DNA of 64,000 nt from Isurus oxyrinchus (taxonomy: Eukaryota). The DNA is taken from positions 173,166,001 through 173,230,000 of the forward strand of contig JANJGN010000004.1 of the NCBI GenBank assembly GCA_026770705.1. Reading direction: 5' to 3'. The translations under genes were made by a program, and so were the position numbers. The notes under the pieces were generated by a model. That model saw nothing but the letters and a program-made list of their open reading frames with translations, ran no database searches and was not told the DNA's origin. This document shows, piece by piece, positions 37,831 through 51,890 of the stretch (position 1 is the stretch's first letter; each line of letters opens with the position of its first letter).

Positions 37831-38769
37831 AAATTTAATAGAGGCGAGATTACTGGCAACATTGTAAATATGCTCTTCACAGAGTTACACTCGTTGTCAC
37901 TTCAATTCCAATCACACTTGGATATGTTTACTAGTATTAGGATATATTTTTCATCCTTGATCTACAAAATAACATTCATTACTGTAATAGTGCAACATTT
38001 AAGGTCACAAGATACACATGAACAAAGGCAGCCATTCACCTTATCCATGCAGAAAGATCTAACAATATCCTATCACTGAATTTGTCTGATTCTAAGATGA
38101 TTCCAGGTTTTATGACCCTATTATCCTACCTGGACACCACATCAATAGGAGGAGCTTTCTTGGATCCCTATCTAGACACACTGGGTCACTTGGCCACAGC
38201 CTTTGTTAAAAAATTGAGTGGGTTCACAGTGTGTACTCATGCGGAACCCACCTGATTTTCCTTCAGTTTAAATCAGCTTCTCACCCTTTTTTTCCCCCAG
38301 TGAATCTCTGCTCCATGTTATAACTGAATTGAATCATCTTGCAGTTTCTATTAACAGTGAAGCCAATCTGAATATTCAATGGACTGATATCTATTCTCAA
38401 GGAAAGATAGATCTATTAGAACCAAATGTGGCTTTCCATTTTTTGGAATGCGCTTCCAAATAAAAATATTTCAATGAGTATAGCTGTGCATTAATACTGT
38501 TAGATATGGAGCTGTTATCTGTCAGTGCCAGAAATTCAAATTCTAAATGCAGACTCTTTGTTTACAGATTCTATTGTAGAAAATGATACTCACAGACAAC
38601 ACACTCGATGATATGAAGGCTGTGGGAGACCGCATTACAGATGCTAAGCGGAATTGCAAAGCAATAGCACTAACTTTTCCCGAACAGTCTTGTTTTTTGT
38701 CCTCAGCTGAAAAAACATTATACCATTCCTCCTTGATAACTTTCACTCTCATTTTATGCTAAATTATAT

Positions 38770-39400
38770 CAACGGAGCAGGAAGAGTTGAGAAGAATGTT
38801 AAATAAGCATAGAGTATTGTTGGCTTCTTTAATAGAGGAAAAGAGTGCAAGGGAAAGAATGTTATGCTAAACCTTTGTAAAGTACTGGTTACGAGTCAGC
38901 TGAAGTGTTGTGTTCAGTTATGGGCACCACACTTGAGGTAGGCGGTCAAGGCCTTGGAGTGGGTACAGAAGGGATTTCCTAAAAAGGTATCAAGCATGAA
39001 GAACTTCAGTTACATGGAGAGATTGGGGAAGCTGGAGCTTTATCTTTAGAGCAGAGAAGGTTAAGAGGAGATTTGATAGAGGTGGGGGGTGGGGTGGAGT
39101 CTAGAATAAGGGGTCAAGGTCTCAGGATATGGGGTAGACCATTTAGGACTGAGATGAGGAGAAACCCCTTCATTCTGATGGTGGTGAACCTGTGGAATTC
39201 TCTACCACAGAAGGCAGTGGAGGCCAAGTCACTGAATATATTTAAAAAGGAAATAGATAGTTTTCAAGAATCTAAAGGTGTCTGGAGGTATAAGGAGAGA
39301 GCAGGAGTATGGCATTGAGATATAGGATCATGCACAATCATACTAAATGGTGGAGTAGGCTCGAAGGACTGAATGAGCTACTCATGCTCTTATTTTCTGT
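38770..39400 (+). mobile_element. CR1 3' fragment(s)
   Basis: RPFRTEMRRNPF..VVNLWNSLPQKAVEA plus a CR1 3' UTR; a further CR1 3' end at about 39430-39760. Confidence 0.8.
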
Positions 39401-42400
39401 TTCCATGTTGATGAATTGATGAATGATTTCGACAAGAGTAAATAAAAGTGTTTTCAGTAACAGAAGTGTCACCGGAGGACACAGAATTAAGGGATAAGCA
39501 AAAGAACCAGAGGTGACATGAGGAAGCATCCGTTTACACAACAGGTTTTTGTGATCTAGAATGCACCGTTTGGACAGAGTGGTGAATGCAAGTTCACCAG
39601 TAGCATTCTGAAGGGAACTGGATAAATACTTGAAGGGAAAAAAAAATACAGGACAACGGGAAAAGAGCAGCAGCGAGATTAACCAAAATAACTTGACCAA
39701 AGAGCTGGCACAGAGATGATGGGCCAAGCGGTCATATTCTATGCTGCATTATTCTATGAATCGGTGAACTTGGTGCTCCAAAGAACGAGCGTTGTAAAAA
39801 ATCTGTCTTTAATGTTACAGAAAATGTAAGCCTTTTAACAAAAGAAAGATGTATCCTTTAGAATGTTAGATCTTCACAATCTATTCCAACAGTAGTTGAA
39901 CAGATTTGATTGTCTTTTGATATTTTCCAGATATCACCTGACTGTAAAACCTGTATTTCAAATGCAAAACGGAGTCCAGGACATAAAATGGACATTTCCA
40001 TAACATTTTTCTGCAAGTATTCCTCACACCCACCAACGGTACACTAATAAAAATAGGGGAGGTCATGAACCCATCATGAACCCAGTAGGAACATTTCCAA
40101 TTCTTCACTGATTTCAAAGAATGTAACTAAAAGATCCTAGGTGAGATCTACTGGTCAGTTAAGAGTTTAGTTGCAAGAAGTTGAACTGGTGGATAATATG
40201 GTCATTTGTATCAACTTGGTTCCTTTTCTTTTGCCGGAGGTATGTATGTCTTTTATTATTACTATTGTTCACATATGCAGTACAAAAAGATTATAACCTG
40301 AAGATCTTTTTGCTGCACAAAACTAAACACATACAGCTCCATCGAGTTATCAGGAAAGTAAATAATTCAGATGTTCTGTAAACACTTTGATATGTTCAAT
40401 CCAAACTCATTCAAGAGAAGCATTACTCACCTTCGTTTTTTTTACTTCAGGCTCGCATATCCCCAACATAAACCAGACATAGTAAGATAAGTGGTTTCAA
40501 TGATGGTTTAAGGTCAAACTTTTATTTTTATTTGTGTAGGCATGATTGCTAGATGGTAATACTCAAGTCACAGCAATATTAAAACTTCATAAACCGAAAT
40601 GCCCTGAGTGCATTTCTATAAAAGCACCATGGGTCCTTCAAATGAACCAAAGAAAACCAATAAATTGGGAACAGGAAGTAGCCTTAGTTGGATTGTAATT
40701 ACAAAGCAGTTCAATTGTAAAAAGCACAATCAATCCTTTTAAAAGGTACATAATTCTGGGATGTTATGACAAAGGTCTTCACCTGTAATATCAGCCCATC
40801 TTTATCCTCTATTCAGATGCTGGTCTCTCACATTCTCTGCTTAGTTCAAAGTTCAAAAAAAAAGTTTAGGTCTTTACCCTAATCTCTTAGCTCCTAAAAG
40901 TGCATCTATAAAGGTTTGCTTTCAGTCTGAGGTTATACAAGTAATTGTGCAATTGCTGGCCATCAATATTCAGGCATCCATAAGTACATCTGAAGCGGTT
41001 TAGGATGGACACTGAGAAATGCTCCTCAGTAGATGATGGGTTAGTGGATTAATGCCAGGACATTGGAAACATCCAAAAAACCAATAAGATGGTAGAATTG
41101 TGAGATGTAGAATTAGCCTCCTGGAAGGATGAGAACAAATGGACCGAAAGGCCTTCTTCTAGAGCCTATTTTATAAGCTTAATTTTATTTCCTGCTTATT
41201 TGATTTCCTCGTGATCCTCAATAATTTCCATTCAAAATAATAGTTTCTGAATTTGTTTGATAAAAGGCAGTATCATATTTAATTGTAAAAGTAAAATAAT
41301 AATAATAATTCATTGTATGGACCCCACAAAAAAGACCAGAAGTCTAGGTTAATTAGTCTTATTGCCTGGGACCATTAGTGCTGTCTTGTTTAAATGGACG
41401 GAAATCTTATTAAAGTGTTTTGATTGTTATGTTTCAGCCAGTCAGACTCCACAGTAGTACGTTCAAGGCAAACTTTGCAAATTTCTTTCATATTAAATGT
41501 AAAAAATAACCTCATTTGTATTGAGACCAATTCATTTTCTAAAATATAGTAGTTACACAAGGCTTTCTTAAAGAACATTAGTATCAAATGATGGAAAAGT
41601 GGAATTGCATGATGTATTTAGTAAGAAGCACTAGAAATGGATGATTTTACAGAGAAACAGTATATATTGTAATGGATAAATGGGTACTATAATCTGAGAG
41701 AAAATTTTTAAAAAATGAAGTAAGAAGGACAACAGCAGACTCACACTTTGCAGTGGTCACCAGGAGGGAAACATCACCTCAGTTAGTTTAGAAAGCTAAG
41801 CGTTTCAGATTTTCTGTGTCTGTCGCAGTGGCATCTTCGAAGAAACTGCTGCAATGATAGCAAACAAAAATCATTAGGATGATCATGAGGTCCACAATAT
41901 CCAAACAGAATATGCATCTTCAGTTAAACACAACATTCCCTCACACATTCTCTGGTCGCTCTTTCCATTGTTCATTCATAACCAGTAGCAATTCACTATG
42001 AATTTGAATTCTCATGATAGTTTCCTATTTTAAAATGAAAGGATCCTGGGCTTTAATTCCACCAGACATGGTCAATTTGCAGGAACTGGCTGAACCCACA
42101 GGCCAAAGTACACTCCAAAAGCATGGCACAGATTTTTCTTAAGTAAAATCTGAGCTCTAGGCACAAGTTTAGTCTTATTTGACAATCATAGCTGTATTGA
42201 GATTGAGAGAATTTGGAATCATACTCAGAAATCAAAAGAAAACCATTTTTTGATCTTAGGACGTTCTGTTAAGTCTGAGTGAATGTAATTATGACTATCA
42301 CGACCACTGCATACTGGCAAATTAAAGTTGCAGCATCTGTTTCCCAATAATCTTCTCCACTGCCATTGGTTTGAATAGTTTGTTTGAATAATTATTTTTC

Positions 42401-43239
42401 AAAATCACGGCTGACTCCTCGATTAGACAAGATATATTTTACATGGCCAAATTCATTCAAAATCTCAGCAGATACTACAAAACTATCAACATCATCACTG
42501 CTGATGTCCATTCAGATAACTATTCTTCCAATAACATCTCCAAGCCATGTTTTCTTCTGCAAAGCACCTATGTCTAGATAAGTTATGGCAATTGAAGTAC
42601 GGACATATTTGGATTTGTTTTGGTGTCAGCATGGGCAAATGGCAATTTAAAATAAACTACCGGAAATAATACCATGCCATCATATAGATGTACAAGTTTG
42701 TTTGAAAGGGGTTATAACCTCACTCAAATAGCAGAGTAATTTAAAATGAACCAATTAAAGTATCCGTTGCTAATATTGTACAGCTCAACTGCAATCCTCT
42801 AACCTTAGAGAAAATGTTCAAATTTCCCCACACTTTGGATATTCTTACCTAGGTTGTTTTACGTTCAGACCATTCTGTTTAGATGTTCTTCTGCTAGTAT
42901 TGTACAGTCATCTGCTCATCAAGTTCAGAAACTGCTTCCAGTAGATCAGAGGTTACCCATCTCAACACACTGTGCTCAAACATCAGAATTTGTTGCATGG
43001 GTGAGGTACAGCAGGGACTATTGCTTGTGATAGCTAACCATAAACCACTATCTTCAGGGGAGATGTGGAAAAATGCAAAGTATATATGATCCTCAAGGGA
43101 GCGGCATAGAGGGTAGCAATCAGCAGGGAATTAAGTCTTTTCTCGATTAACAACAATGTAAGAAGTCAGTCTTGCACTCATTCCTATTAAAAAAGGGACT
43201 ACAGTTTAAGACTGAAACCAGCAATAATAAGTGCCGTAA

Positions 43240-45098
43240 TAATAAAAGCAAAATACTGTGGATGCTGGAAACTTGAAATAAAAACAGAAAATGCTGGAAA
43301 AACTCAGCATGTTTGGCAGCATCTGTGGAGAGAGAAACAGAGTTGACGTGTCGAGTCTGTTTGATTATGTTCCAGAGGTAAAGAGAAGTAGAAATGTGAT
43401 GGATTTTATACTGTTTAAGAGGGGGTGGAGCAGGTGGAGCAAAATTGAAGGTGAGGGATAGGTGGGAGCTAAAGAGAAATTTGACAAAGATGTCATGGAC
43501 ACAGGGCAAAGGAAGTATTAATGGTGTTAGGGGATAGGGATAGTTTAAGTAAGTTATATTTGTATTTTCCGAGTGTTAGGAATGAGTTTCAGCTTTAAAG
43601 TTTGATTTGTATTTCTGTATTTGTGTTTTAAGGACTGGTCAAATTGAGTTTTAGTTTCACTTTAAAAGGTGCTTGCATTTCTAATGAGGTTTTTTATAAC
43701 TGTTGCAGCTAGGTTAAACAAACAAGAATAGAAGAATTGGGCTGTTGTCTAGCCACAGGGGTCCAGACAGACACAGACACACGCCCCCACAGACACACAC
43801 ACAGAAAAGCAAGAAACAGCAGTTTGTTTTGGAAATTGTTTGAATTCAATTGGTTTTGAAAGTAGCTTCCAGGTGAGACTAGAGTAAAGGGGACAGATAG
43901 AAAGTCCCAAGCTAAAGAAAAAGCCTAGGAATCCAAGGGAGTGGAACAGGGGAATGCCCCAGACAGACCTTCTAGTCAGAGGAAGGACAGAAACCTGGAA
44001 AAGGTCCTGTTAAATGAAGTTAAGAATGAGGGGCGGAGGGAAAAGCTCAAAGCTTCAGATTTAAAGAGACAAAAGCTGCAGAATGTAGTTTTAAAGCGAG
44101 AACAGCTTGCAAGAGGCAAAAAGATCCAAAGAGACAACTGAAGGCCTGTAACTCTTTGCTATGGGAATGTGAAGCAGTGGTACTGTTGATGGCTGTGTCA
44201 GCGAGAGACAATGTGTGGAAGAAAGCTTGAATGCACGTGGTGACCCAGGAAAGGGGAATATCGGAAGAAGAGTTCAAAACTCTGGAGGTGTGGAAGGCGC
44301 CTGAGAGAAAGCATTGGTTTGGGAGAAGATTGCAAGGTGAGGTCTTGGAGTCTGGTGTTTGGACACCCTCATGCGAAAGACAGAGTGTGATGAGACCGAC
44401 TGGCTCATGGTGTGGCAAACGTCTGGAGGGAGTTGAGGAGAGATCCATAGCATCTAGTTGAGGTGGCTTCTGTCACTTGGTTTCAGAGTGTGGTGTGTCT
44501 GACCACAGGGTGCCATAGATTTACATGGACGGTGCACCAGCTGTGGACATTAAAGTAACAGATAGCTTTTGTAACTTGTGTTACCCTTACAAATCTGTAT
44601 AGATCTGTAAAGGTATAGCTGTGGGTGTAGGAGTATTATAATGCAGCTCATCTTTTCTTCTTGAATAAATATTTTATTCTTTTGTTAAAAGTTTATCAGC
44701 TAACTCCTGTGACTGTTCAGTAACTACTCTCCAAGTATCTAAACAAACAAATAAAAGTTGGGAGCTATCAAGCTGGGTTCCACCCTGGGATCATGCCTGT
44801 TAAGGGGTAATCTCAGCTGGGGATCATAACAATGGCTGTGTTAAAGACTAAAGAAGGTGCTGATAGTTGCATAAAGGTAAGATAGCATAATGTGTTAACA
44901 GCAGATGGGTCAGAGCTCTATGAAAGCAAAACATAAGAACAAATGACAGATGGCCCTGTTTGCTGGGGAGGGGGGAGGGGATTGGGAGGGGGGAGTATGA
45001 TGTTGGGGAAGACTAACAAAAAAAGAAAAATTATATATCAGTTTTTAAAAAACTGCATTAATAAAGAGGTAAAGATGGAGGAGAGAGTTCATGGTCTG
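43240..45098 (-). mobile_element. Penelope-like 3'/pLTR region, split by a solo LTR
   Basis: Reverse complement of 13630-14190 motifs (GCAGCATCTGTGGAGAGAGAAACAGAGTT; GGAGAGAGTTCATGGTCTGAA) on both sides of the insert. Confidence 0.75.
43525..44831 (+). mobile_element. Solo LTR (family B), 1307 bp, with a 4-bp ATGG TSD
   Basis: ATGG|TGTTAG ... CATAACA|ATGG; AATAAA near 44664 and 44750. Confidence 0.85.
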
Positions 45099-45929
45099 AA
45101 TAAGTACCAACCTGGCTCAGTTGGAAGCATCCTTGCCTTTAGAATGTTTGCAGGTTGAAAACCAGTCCTGGACTAACACAGAGAAAAAATAGATTTTCAC
45201 TGGTATAGAGAGTTATTACTTCTCTCAGAAACATATCAAAGTATTTCCCTCACATCAAGTGACTTTGAAATGCAGGTTCAGTGGGATTGTGTTTAATGTT
45301 AGCCTAAGTCACAGCCCATGTCCCAACATTTCTTCCTCAGCCAACACTACAAAGAAAATAGCTGTTTATTTCTATCATTGCTGCCTGGGGGAATCCTACA
45401 ATATGCAAAATGGCTGACATATGTGTAGTACGTCACAGCAATTCATTATGTGCGTGTGTGTGTGTGTCATATATACATACACACATCTGAGCATCTGTGA
45501 AATAGCTTAGGTTAATTTTGAATGTGGGGAGGGCAACATTTTAACTCCATCGTCCACACCTCTCCTTCTTGGCATCAATGTCCATGTGCCATCGACAGAA
45601 GGAAGAAAGAAAAGAATTGCATTTATATTGCACCTTTCACAGCTTCAGGATGTCCCAAAGCACTTGTCAATGCACACGTGCACAAAACACAACCGATGAA
45701 GTACTTTTAAGGTGCAGTTAGTGTTATAATGTAGAAAACGCCAGAACCAATTTGTGCACAGCAAGTTCTCACAAACAGCAACGTAATATTGATTCCATCA
45801 TGTCCTCTTTAAACATGTAAATAACTCTTCTATGATATCATGGCCCAATCTACTGTTTAGGCTGAGACCTCAGCAAGTCAATTATGGTGGCTTCTTCCCA
45901 CAAGCCCTGGCCCCCCCGATCCTACCTTT

Positions 45930-46085
45930 AAGGTTTTTTTTTGTTCTTTCATGGGATGTAGGCCTCATTGGCTTGGCCAGCATTTTTATTGCCCATTCCT
46001 AAATTTCCTCAAGAAGGTGGTAGTGAGCTGCCTTCTTGAATCACTGCAGTCCTTGTGGTGTAGGTACACCCACGGTGCTATGAGG
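45930..46085 (-). mobile_element. 3' tail of the tRNA-headed LINE family
   Basis: CATGGGATGTAGGCC...AAGGTGGTAGTGAGCTGCCTTCTTGAA matches 21360-21500. Confidence 0.75.
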
Positions 46086-47724
46086 GCAGGCGATGCAATC
46101 ATCACTCGGGAACTCATCAAGTTTTTTTTTAAGGGAGCTACACTTACAATACGCCAGAGCTATTTAAGTATTTTACCTGCATTGGCAATAAAGGGACAAA
46201 AGTGGTTTCTAAATAAGATTACATTTAGAATTTGGCAGTCTGGAACTATTTTAGTAGCCCAGGATTAATGTGCAACTATGACAATGGCCTTCTAAATTTT
46301 AATGTGCTATTTTAAATTATCCTCATTTTAGTTACATTCCCTTCCAGCACTGAAATATGATTAAGGTGGTTCAAATTCAAGACACTTATTCCACTTTGAT
46401 TTCAACATTTATTGGAAGAAAAGCAGGCCTGATAATTATGAATGAGCTATGAACTCTGAAATTATCATTCTCCTCAGAATACAAATATTTAGTCCAGTCT
46501 GGAGCCAACCAGTAACACAATAAGATTTGTTTGTTACAAATCATAGCTGCCTAATTAGACAGGCTTTGTGTGAAGCCATCTATCCACATCCAGCTGATGC
46601 CACAGATGTTATGCGCAGGCAGAAGTCAGTCAATCGCCTCAGGCTTTATTTGGTCTAGTGCTGTGTCACACTGACATGGATAATTTAATAGCTATAATCA
46701 CTTCTGTAAAATGAGATGACACTATAAAATTGCACCCAAGACACAAATATTAACCCTCCAGGCCAATGGCATTTGTCTAGAATCAATAAACAAACTAATT
46801 TTGACATTACAAACTTGTTTCTTCTTCCCTGTGACTGGAATAGCAACTTAGTGTGAGATTCACAAGGTGACTAACATCCTTACATGAAGCCAAGTTGGTT
46901 GATTTTGTAACCAAAAATCTGTGCTCTCCTTATTCATACTTGACCAATCACTTGTCTTTCTGTCCCCAAATTATTAAATCTAACATATCACATTCTCAAT
47001 CAATGTCATATTCTCGGCCCCCTCCTTTTTCCTTATTTACAAGTTGCATCCTTAACATTATTCACAGACATAGAAATCAAATCCCTATTCACCGATTCCA
47101 TTCTCCACCTGGCCACTGTCTCAGGCTGAACCTAAGCGTTCATAACCTATTTGAACTTCAGCTGAGCTTCCAAACCCATACCCTCTCTATCACCATGACT
47201 GCCTACTTCCCCCACCATCAAAGCTAATTGTCTCCGACCTGCCTCAGTCCATTGGCTGCTCATATCTCATCAGCACTCTTCTTACCTCCAAACCCAACTA
47301 CTCAAATGTCCTCCTGGTTGGCCTCCCATTTCCCACAGCATATAAACTTTGAACTCATCTGAAACTCTACTGCTCACATTTCAACTTGCATTAAGTTCTG
47401 CTAACCCATCATCCTGGTGTTCATAGACCTACATTGCCTCAATTTTAAGGTGATATTAGGACAGGTGACTAAAAGTTTAGCTAAAGAGGTAAGTTTTCAG
47501 GTAGGTCTTAGAAGGAGGGGGGAAAACAAAAAAAGCAACAGTATGTTATCCAGGACAAAGCAACTCGCTTGATTGGCACCCCATCCACCACCTTAAATAT
47601 TCACTCCCTCCACTACCAATGAACAGTGGCAGCAGTCTTTACTATCTACAAGCTACTCATCAAGGTTCCTTTGACAGCACCCTCCAAAATCACGACCTCT
47701 AAAACCTGCAAGGAAAAGGGAGCA

Positions 47725-49110
47725 CATGCATGAGAATATGCAGAAATGGCAGACGCTTAATCAATATTTTGCCTCAGTTTTCACAGTGGAAGACACTAGT
47801 ACCACCCCAATAGTAGCAGGTTGTGCAGAGGATATAGAGAAGGAACATAGAACAATCACCATCACTAGAGAAAAAGTACTGAGCAAACTATTGGGATTAA
47901 AGGGTGACAAGTCCCTAAGACTTGATGGCCTACATCCCAGGGTCTTAAAGGAAGTGACAGCAATGGCTATAATATTCCAAAATTCCCGAGATTCTGGAAA
48001 GGTTCCACTGGATTGTAAAAATGCTAATATAACGCCCTCATTCAAGAAGTGGGTGGGGGGGGGGTGGTTGCAGAAGGTAGGAAACTATAAACCAGTTAGT
48101 TTAACGTCTGTCACTGGGGAATTGTTGGAATCTATTATTAAGGAAGTAGTAATGGGACATTTGGAAATTCAAAATGCAATCCATCAGAGTCAGCATGGTT
48201 TTATGAAGAGTTAATCATGTTTGACTAATTTGCTAGAGTTCTTTGAAGATGTGACAAGCAAAGTGGATAATGGGGATCATGAGGATGTAGTATATTTGGA
48301 CTTCCAGAAGGCTTTTGATAAGGTGTTGCACAAAAGATTAGTACACAAGATAAGTTCACATGGAGTTAGGAGTAATATATTAGCTTGGATAGAGGATTGG
48401 CTAGCCAACAGAAAGCAGAGAGTTGAGATAAATGGGTCTTTTTCTGGATGGCAAGCTGTGACTAGTGGGGTGCCACAGGGTTCAGTCCTTGGGCTCCAAC
48501 TATTTACAATCTATATTAATGACTTGGATTCAGGGATAGAAGGTACTATAGCTAAATTTGCAGATGACACCAAAATAGGTGAGAAAGTAAGTTGCAAGGG
48601 AGAAATAAGAAATTTACAAATGGATATGGACAGCTTAGGTGAATGGGCCAAAATTTGGCAGATGGAGTTTAACATGGATATGTGTGAGGTTATCCACTTT
48701 GGCCAGAAGAATGGAGAGAAACTTCAGAATGCTTCAGTGCAGAGGGATCTGTGTCCTCCTGAATGAATTGCTGAAAACTAGTATGCAGGTACAGCAGGTA
48801 TTAAGGAAGGCAAATGGAATTTTGGCATTTATTGTTAAAGGAATAGAGTATAAAAAAATGTAAGTGTTGTTGCAACCCAGAGAGCGGTGAGCCTGTGGAA
48901 TTCACTACCACAGAAAGTAGTTGAGGCCAAAACATTGTATGTTTTTAAGAAGGAGTTAGGTATAGCTCTTGGGGCAAAAGGGATCAAAGGATATGGGGAG
49001 AAAGCGGGAGCAGGCTATTGAATTGGATGATTAGCCATGATCATGATGAATGGCGGAGCAGGCTTAAAGTGCTGAACGACCTACTCCTGCTCCTATTTTC
49101 TATGTTTTTA
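47725..49110 (+). mobile_element. CR1 ORF2 fragment with an internal deletion and 3' UTR
   Basis: LNQYFASVFT, DGLHPRVLKEV, YLDFQKAFDKV, SGVPQGSVLG, KFADDTKIG; sequence jumps at about 48875. Confidence 0.92.
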
Positions 49111-49596
49111 TATTTAAAGTCTTGCAGGACTTAGTACACGTTAGAATGTGGGCAGTAAAGTTTTGCAGTTCTTTGTTAGATAATAGGAATTTCCGAAGAA
49201 TAAAAGTGTTGCACTCACTTACAATCTCACTTTTAATGACAGCTTTACCTAGTGCAGAATAAAATCAGCGTAATACAATATAAAGGTCATTTCTGAGAGC
49301 CAGGGAGGTGGGATAATTTTATACTAAGATCATTTGGGGGAAGGAGGAAATGGACAGGCTCAAATTAGCTGCCCATGTTACACCCAGCCTGATTTTGTTT
49401 TCTATTGAGTTTAATACAAAGTCAAATCAGACAGGAGGTAAATTGGAATGTTAATCTAAGCCTGCCAACTTCCAGTCAGGCTGATGAGGTTAAAACCTAC
49501 TGGTGTAGGTTAGCAATCTGAACTTGTGGTAAGTTGCCATAACCCACAAAGGGACCATAGGCATTTCTCCCTGTTAGAGGGAGACAAGTCATTGAG

Positions 49597-49870
49597 GGAG
49601 GTGGTGGCACAGTGGTATTGTCACTGGACTAATAATCCAGAGAACCACGGTAATGCTCTAGGGACTTGTGTTTGAATCCCACCATTGCAGATAGTGAAAT
49701 TTGAATTCAATAAAAATATGGAACAAATCTGACAATGAAACCGTTGCCAATTGTCGTAAAAACCCATCTAGTTCATTAATGGCCTTTAGAGAAGAACATC
49801 TGCTGCCCTTACCTGGGCAATAAATGCTAGCCTAGCCAGCAATGCCCACATCCCATGAATTAATAAAAAA
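49597..49870 (+). mobile_element. tRNA-headed SINE, variant with a larger internal deletion
   Basis: A-box TGGCACAGTGG, B-box TGTTTGAATCC; the body joins the tail directly at CCCTTACCTGG|GCAATAAATGC. Confidence 0.85.
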
Positions 49871-50077
49871 ATATAGCTGGAGGGGTACCATTCTGTCCCA
49901 AGCATGGGGCAAGGCAAGAAGGCAGCTCACCCTGAACTACTTGTACAGGGATTGGCCATTTTCTAGCCATCTAAGCTAACTGACACACACATGAAAATCA
50001 GGGAAGAAGGGTTACTAACACCTGACTTCCGATATACAATAATTATTTCCACTTTTCAAGAAGGGTGATAAATCAAA

Positions 50078-50480
50078 TGGAGTTTAGAAGAATGAGAGGC
50101 GACCTTATTGAAACATATAAGATTCTTAGGGGGCTTGACAGGGTAGATGCTAAGAGGTTGTTTCCCCTTGTGGGAGAGTCTAGGACCAGATGGCATAATC
50201 TCAGAGAAAGGGGTCACCCATTTAAGATAAAGATGAGGAGGAATCTCTTCTCTCAGAGGGTAGTGGATCTGTGGAATTCTTTACTGCAGAGAGCTGTAGG
50301 GGCTAGATTTTTAAGTATATTCAAGACTGAGAAAGACAGATTTTTAATCAGTAAGTGAATCAAGGGTTATGGGAAATAGGCAGGAAAGTGGAGTTGTGGA
50401 TTATCAGATGAACCGTGATCTCATTGAATGGCAGAGCAGACTCAATAGGCCGAATGGCCTACTTCTGCTCCTATGTCTTA
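50078..50480 (+). mobile_element. CR1 3' end
   Basis: EFRRMRGDLIETYKILRGLDRVD...LWNSLLQRAVG followed by a CR1 3' UTR. Confidence 0.9.
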
Positions 50481-50482
50481 TA

Positions 50483-51890
50483 GTGGCCTATCCTGCCAGT
50501 CCTCTGTGGGAAAGATTATTGCACAAATCCTCCTGAACTGCTTCCTACCCATCAGCGAAGACATACTCCCTGACACCCAGTGTGGTTTCCAGCTATCCAG
50601 TGGAACCACAGACATAATTTTTGTTGCTTGACAAATCCAGGACGAGTGTCTGGAACAATGCAAAGAGCTCTTTGTTATTCACTGATTTGTCAAAGGCCAT
50701 TGCATCTATTAACCATGAAGCCCTTTAGGAAGTCCTCCAGAAACTTGGATGTACAGCAAAACTTGTTACAATCCTGCAATTCCTACACAATGGTATGTCA
50801 ACAGCCATCACTTGCATTGGATTGGAGACCAGCCCTTTCGTATCCAGACAGGCACCAAGTAAGACTGTGTAATTGCGCTAACTCTCCTCACTGCCTACCT
50901 CAGCCTGGTCATGGAACTCAATTGTGACCAACTTCTACAAGGGGTCATGATTGAGTTTCAACTCAATGCAAAGCTTTTCAACCACAACAGGCTGAGAGCT
51001 AAAATTAAGGTGACCCTCAATATGTCCACGACTTATAATTCGTCATGTCTGCACAGTTGTGGCCCACATTGAAAGCAACATTCAGGCCACCCTCAACCTC
51101 TTCAACTCTGCGAAAGATGGTGTAGCCCCCTTACTGAACATCAGCAAGACCAAAATCCCCCACCAGCTCTCCCCTGACAAGCATCAACATCTCCAGCTAT
51201 TGTTATTGATGGGGACACTTTAGAACAATTGCCAAATCTTGGCAGCTACCTTTCTCAAAAGATTACCATCGAGGAGAAAATTCAGCGCAGAGTCAGCTGT
51301 GCCAAAGTAGCTTCCAAAAATTAAGCAACAGGTCCTTGACAATAGGGATAAAAGAACAGCCCAAAGACTTTAGTTTACAAAGTTGTTGTTGTCACCAGCC
51401 TTCTATATGGCAGTGAGACTTGGGTCACTTACCAAAACCAGTGATATCTCTGCAAGATACTCAAAGGCAAGGGGGGAGACTGGCAAACAAACTCCAACAT
51501 ATTCGCCGAAGCTGATTCCTTGAGCATCACAACCCAATGTCACTTGATCTCAAGAAAGGCATAGATAATATTTTAAGAGCACTCTGAAGGCCTCATTGAA
51601 AAGGCGACAAATTGACATCAATGTGTGGGAGGAACTTACTGCAAACTGTGCCAAATGGTTGCACCTCATCCAACAAGCTGCAACACAGTTGGAGACTAAC
51701 CGTGTAAACTCTGCGACGTAGGAGAGAGAGCAGGACCCTGGCTTGAAAATCCCCCTTCCTCAGGGCAACTCTTGCCCTGTCTGCCCTAAGACCTGTGGCT
51801 TCAGGATTAGCCTTCTAAATTACCTGAGGACACACAAATCATGAAGCCTGATAGATGTCAACCTCGTTTCGAGAGACTGAGGATGATGAT
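50483..51890 (+). mobile_element. RTE-clade LINE, decayed 3' half
   Basis: GKIIAQILLNCFLPISEDILPDTQCGF...GTTDIIF; C-terminal CPVCPKTCGFRISLLNYLRTH (C2H2-like); (GAT)n tail. Confidence 0.75.

Noticed and set aside
45450-45485. (TG)n/(TA)n/(CA)n microsatellite
   Set aside because: Short, ordinary simple repeat.
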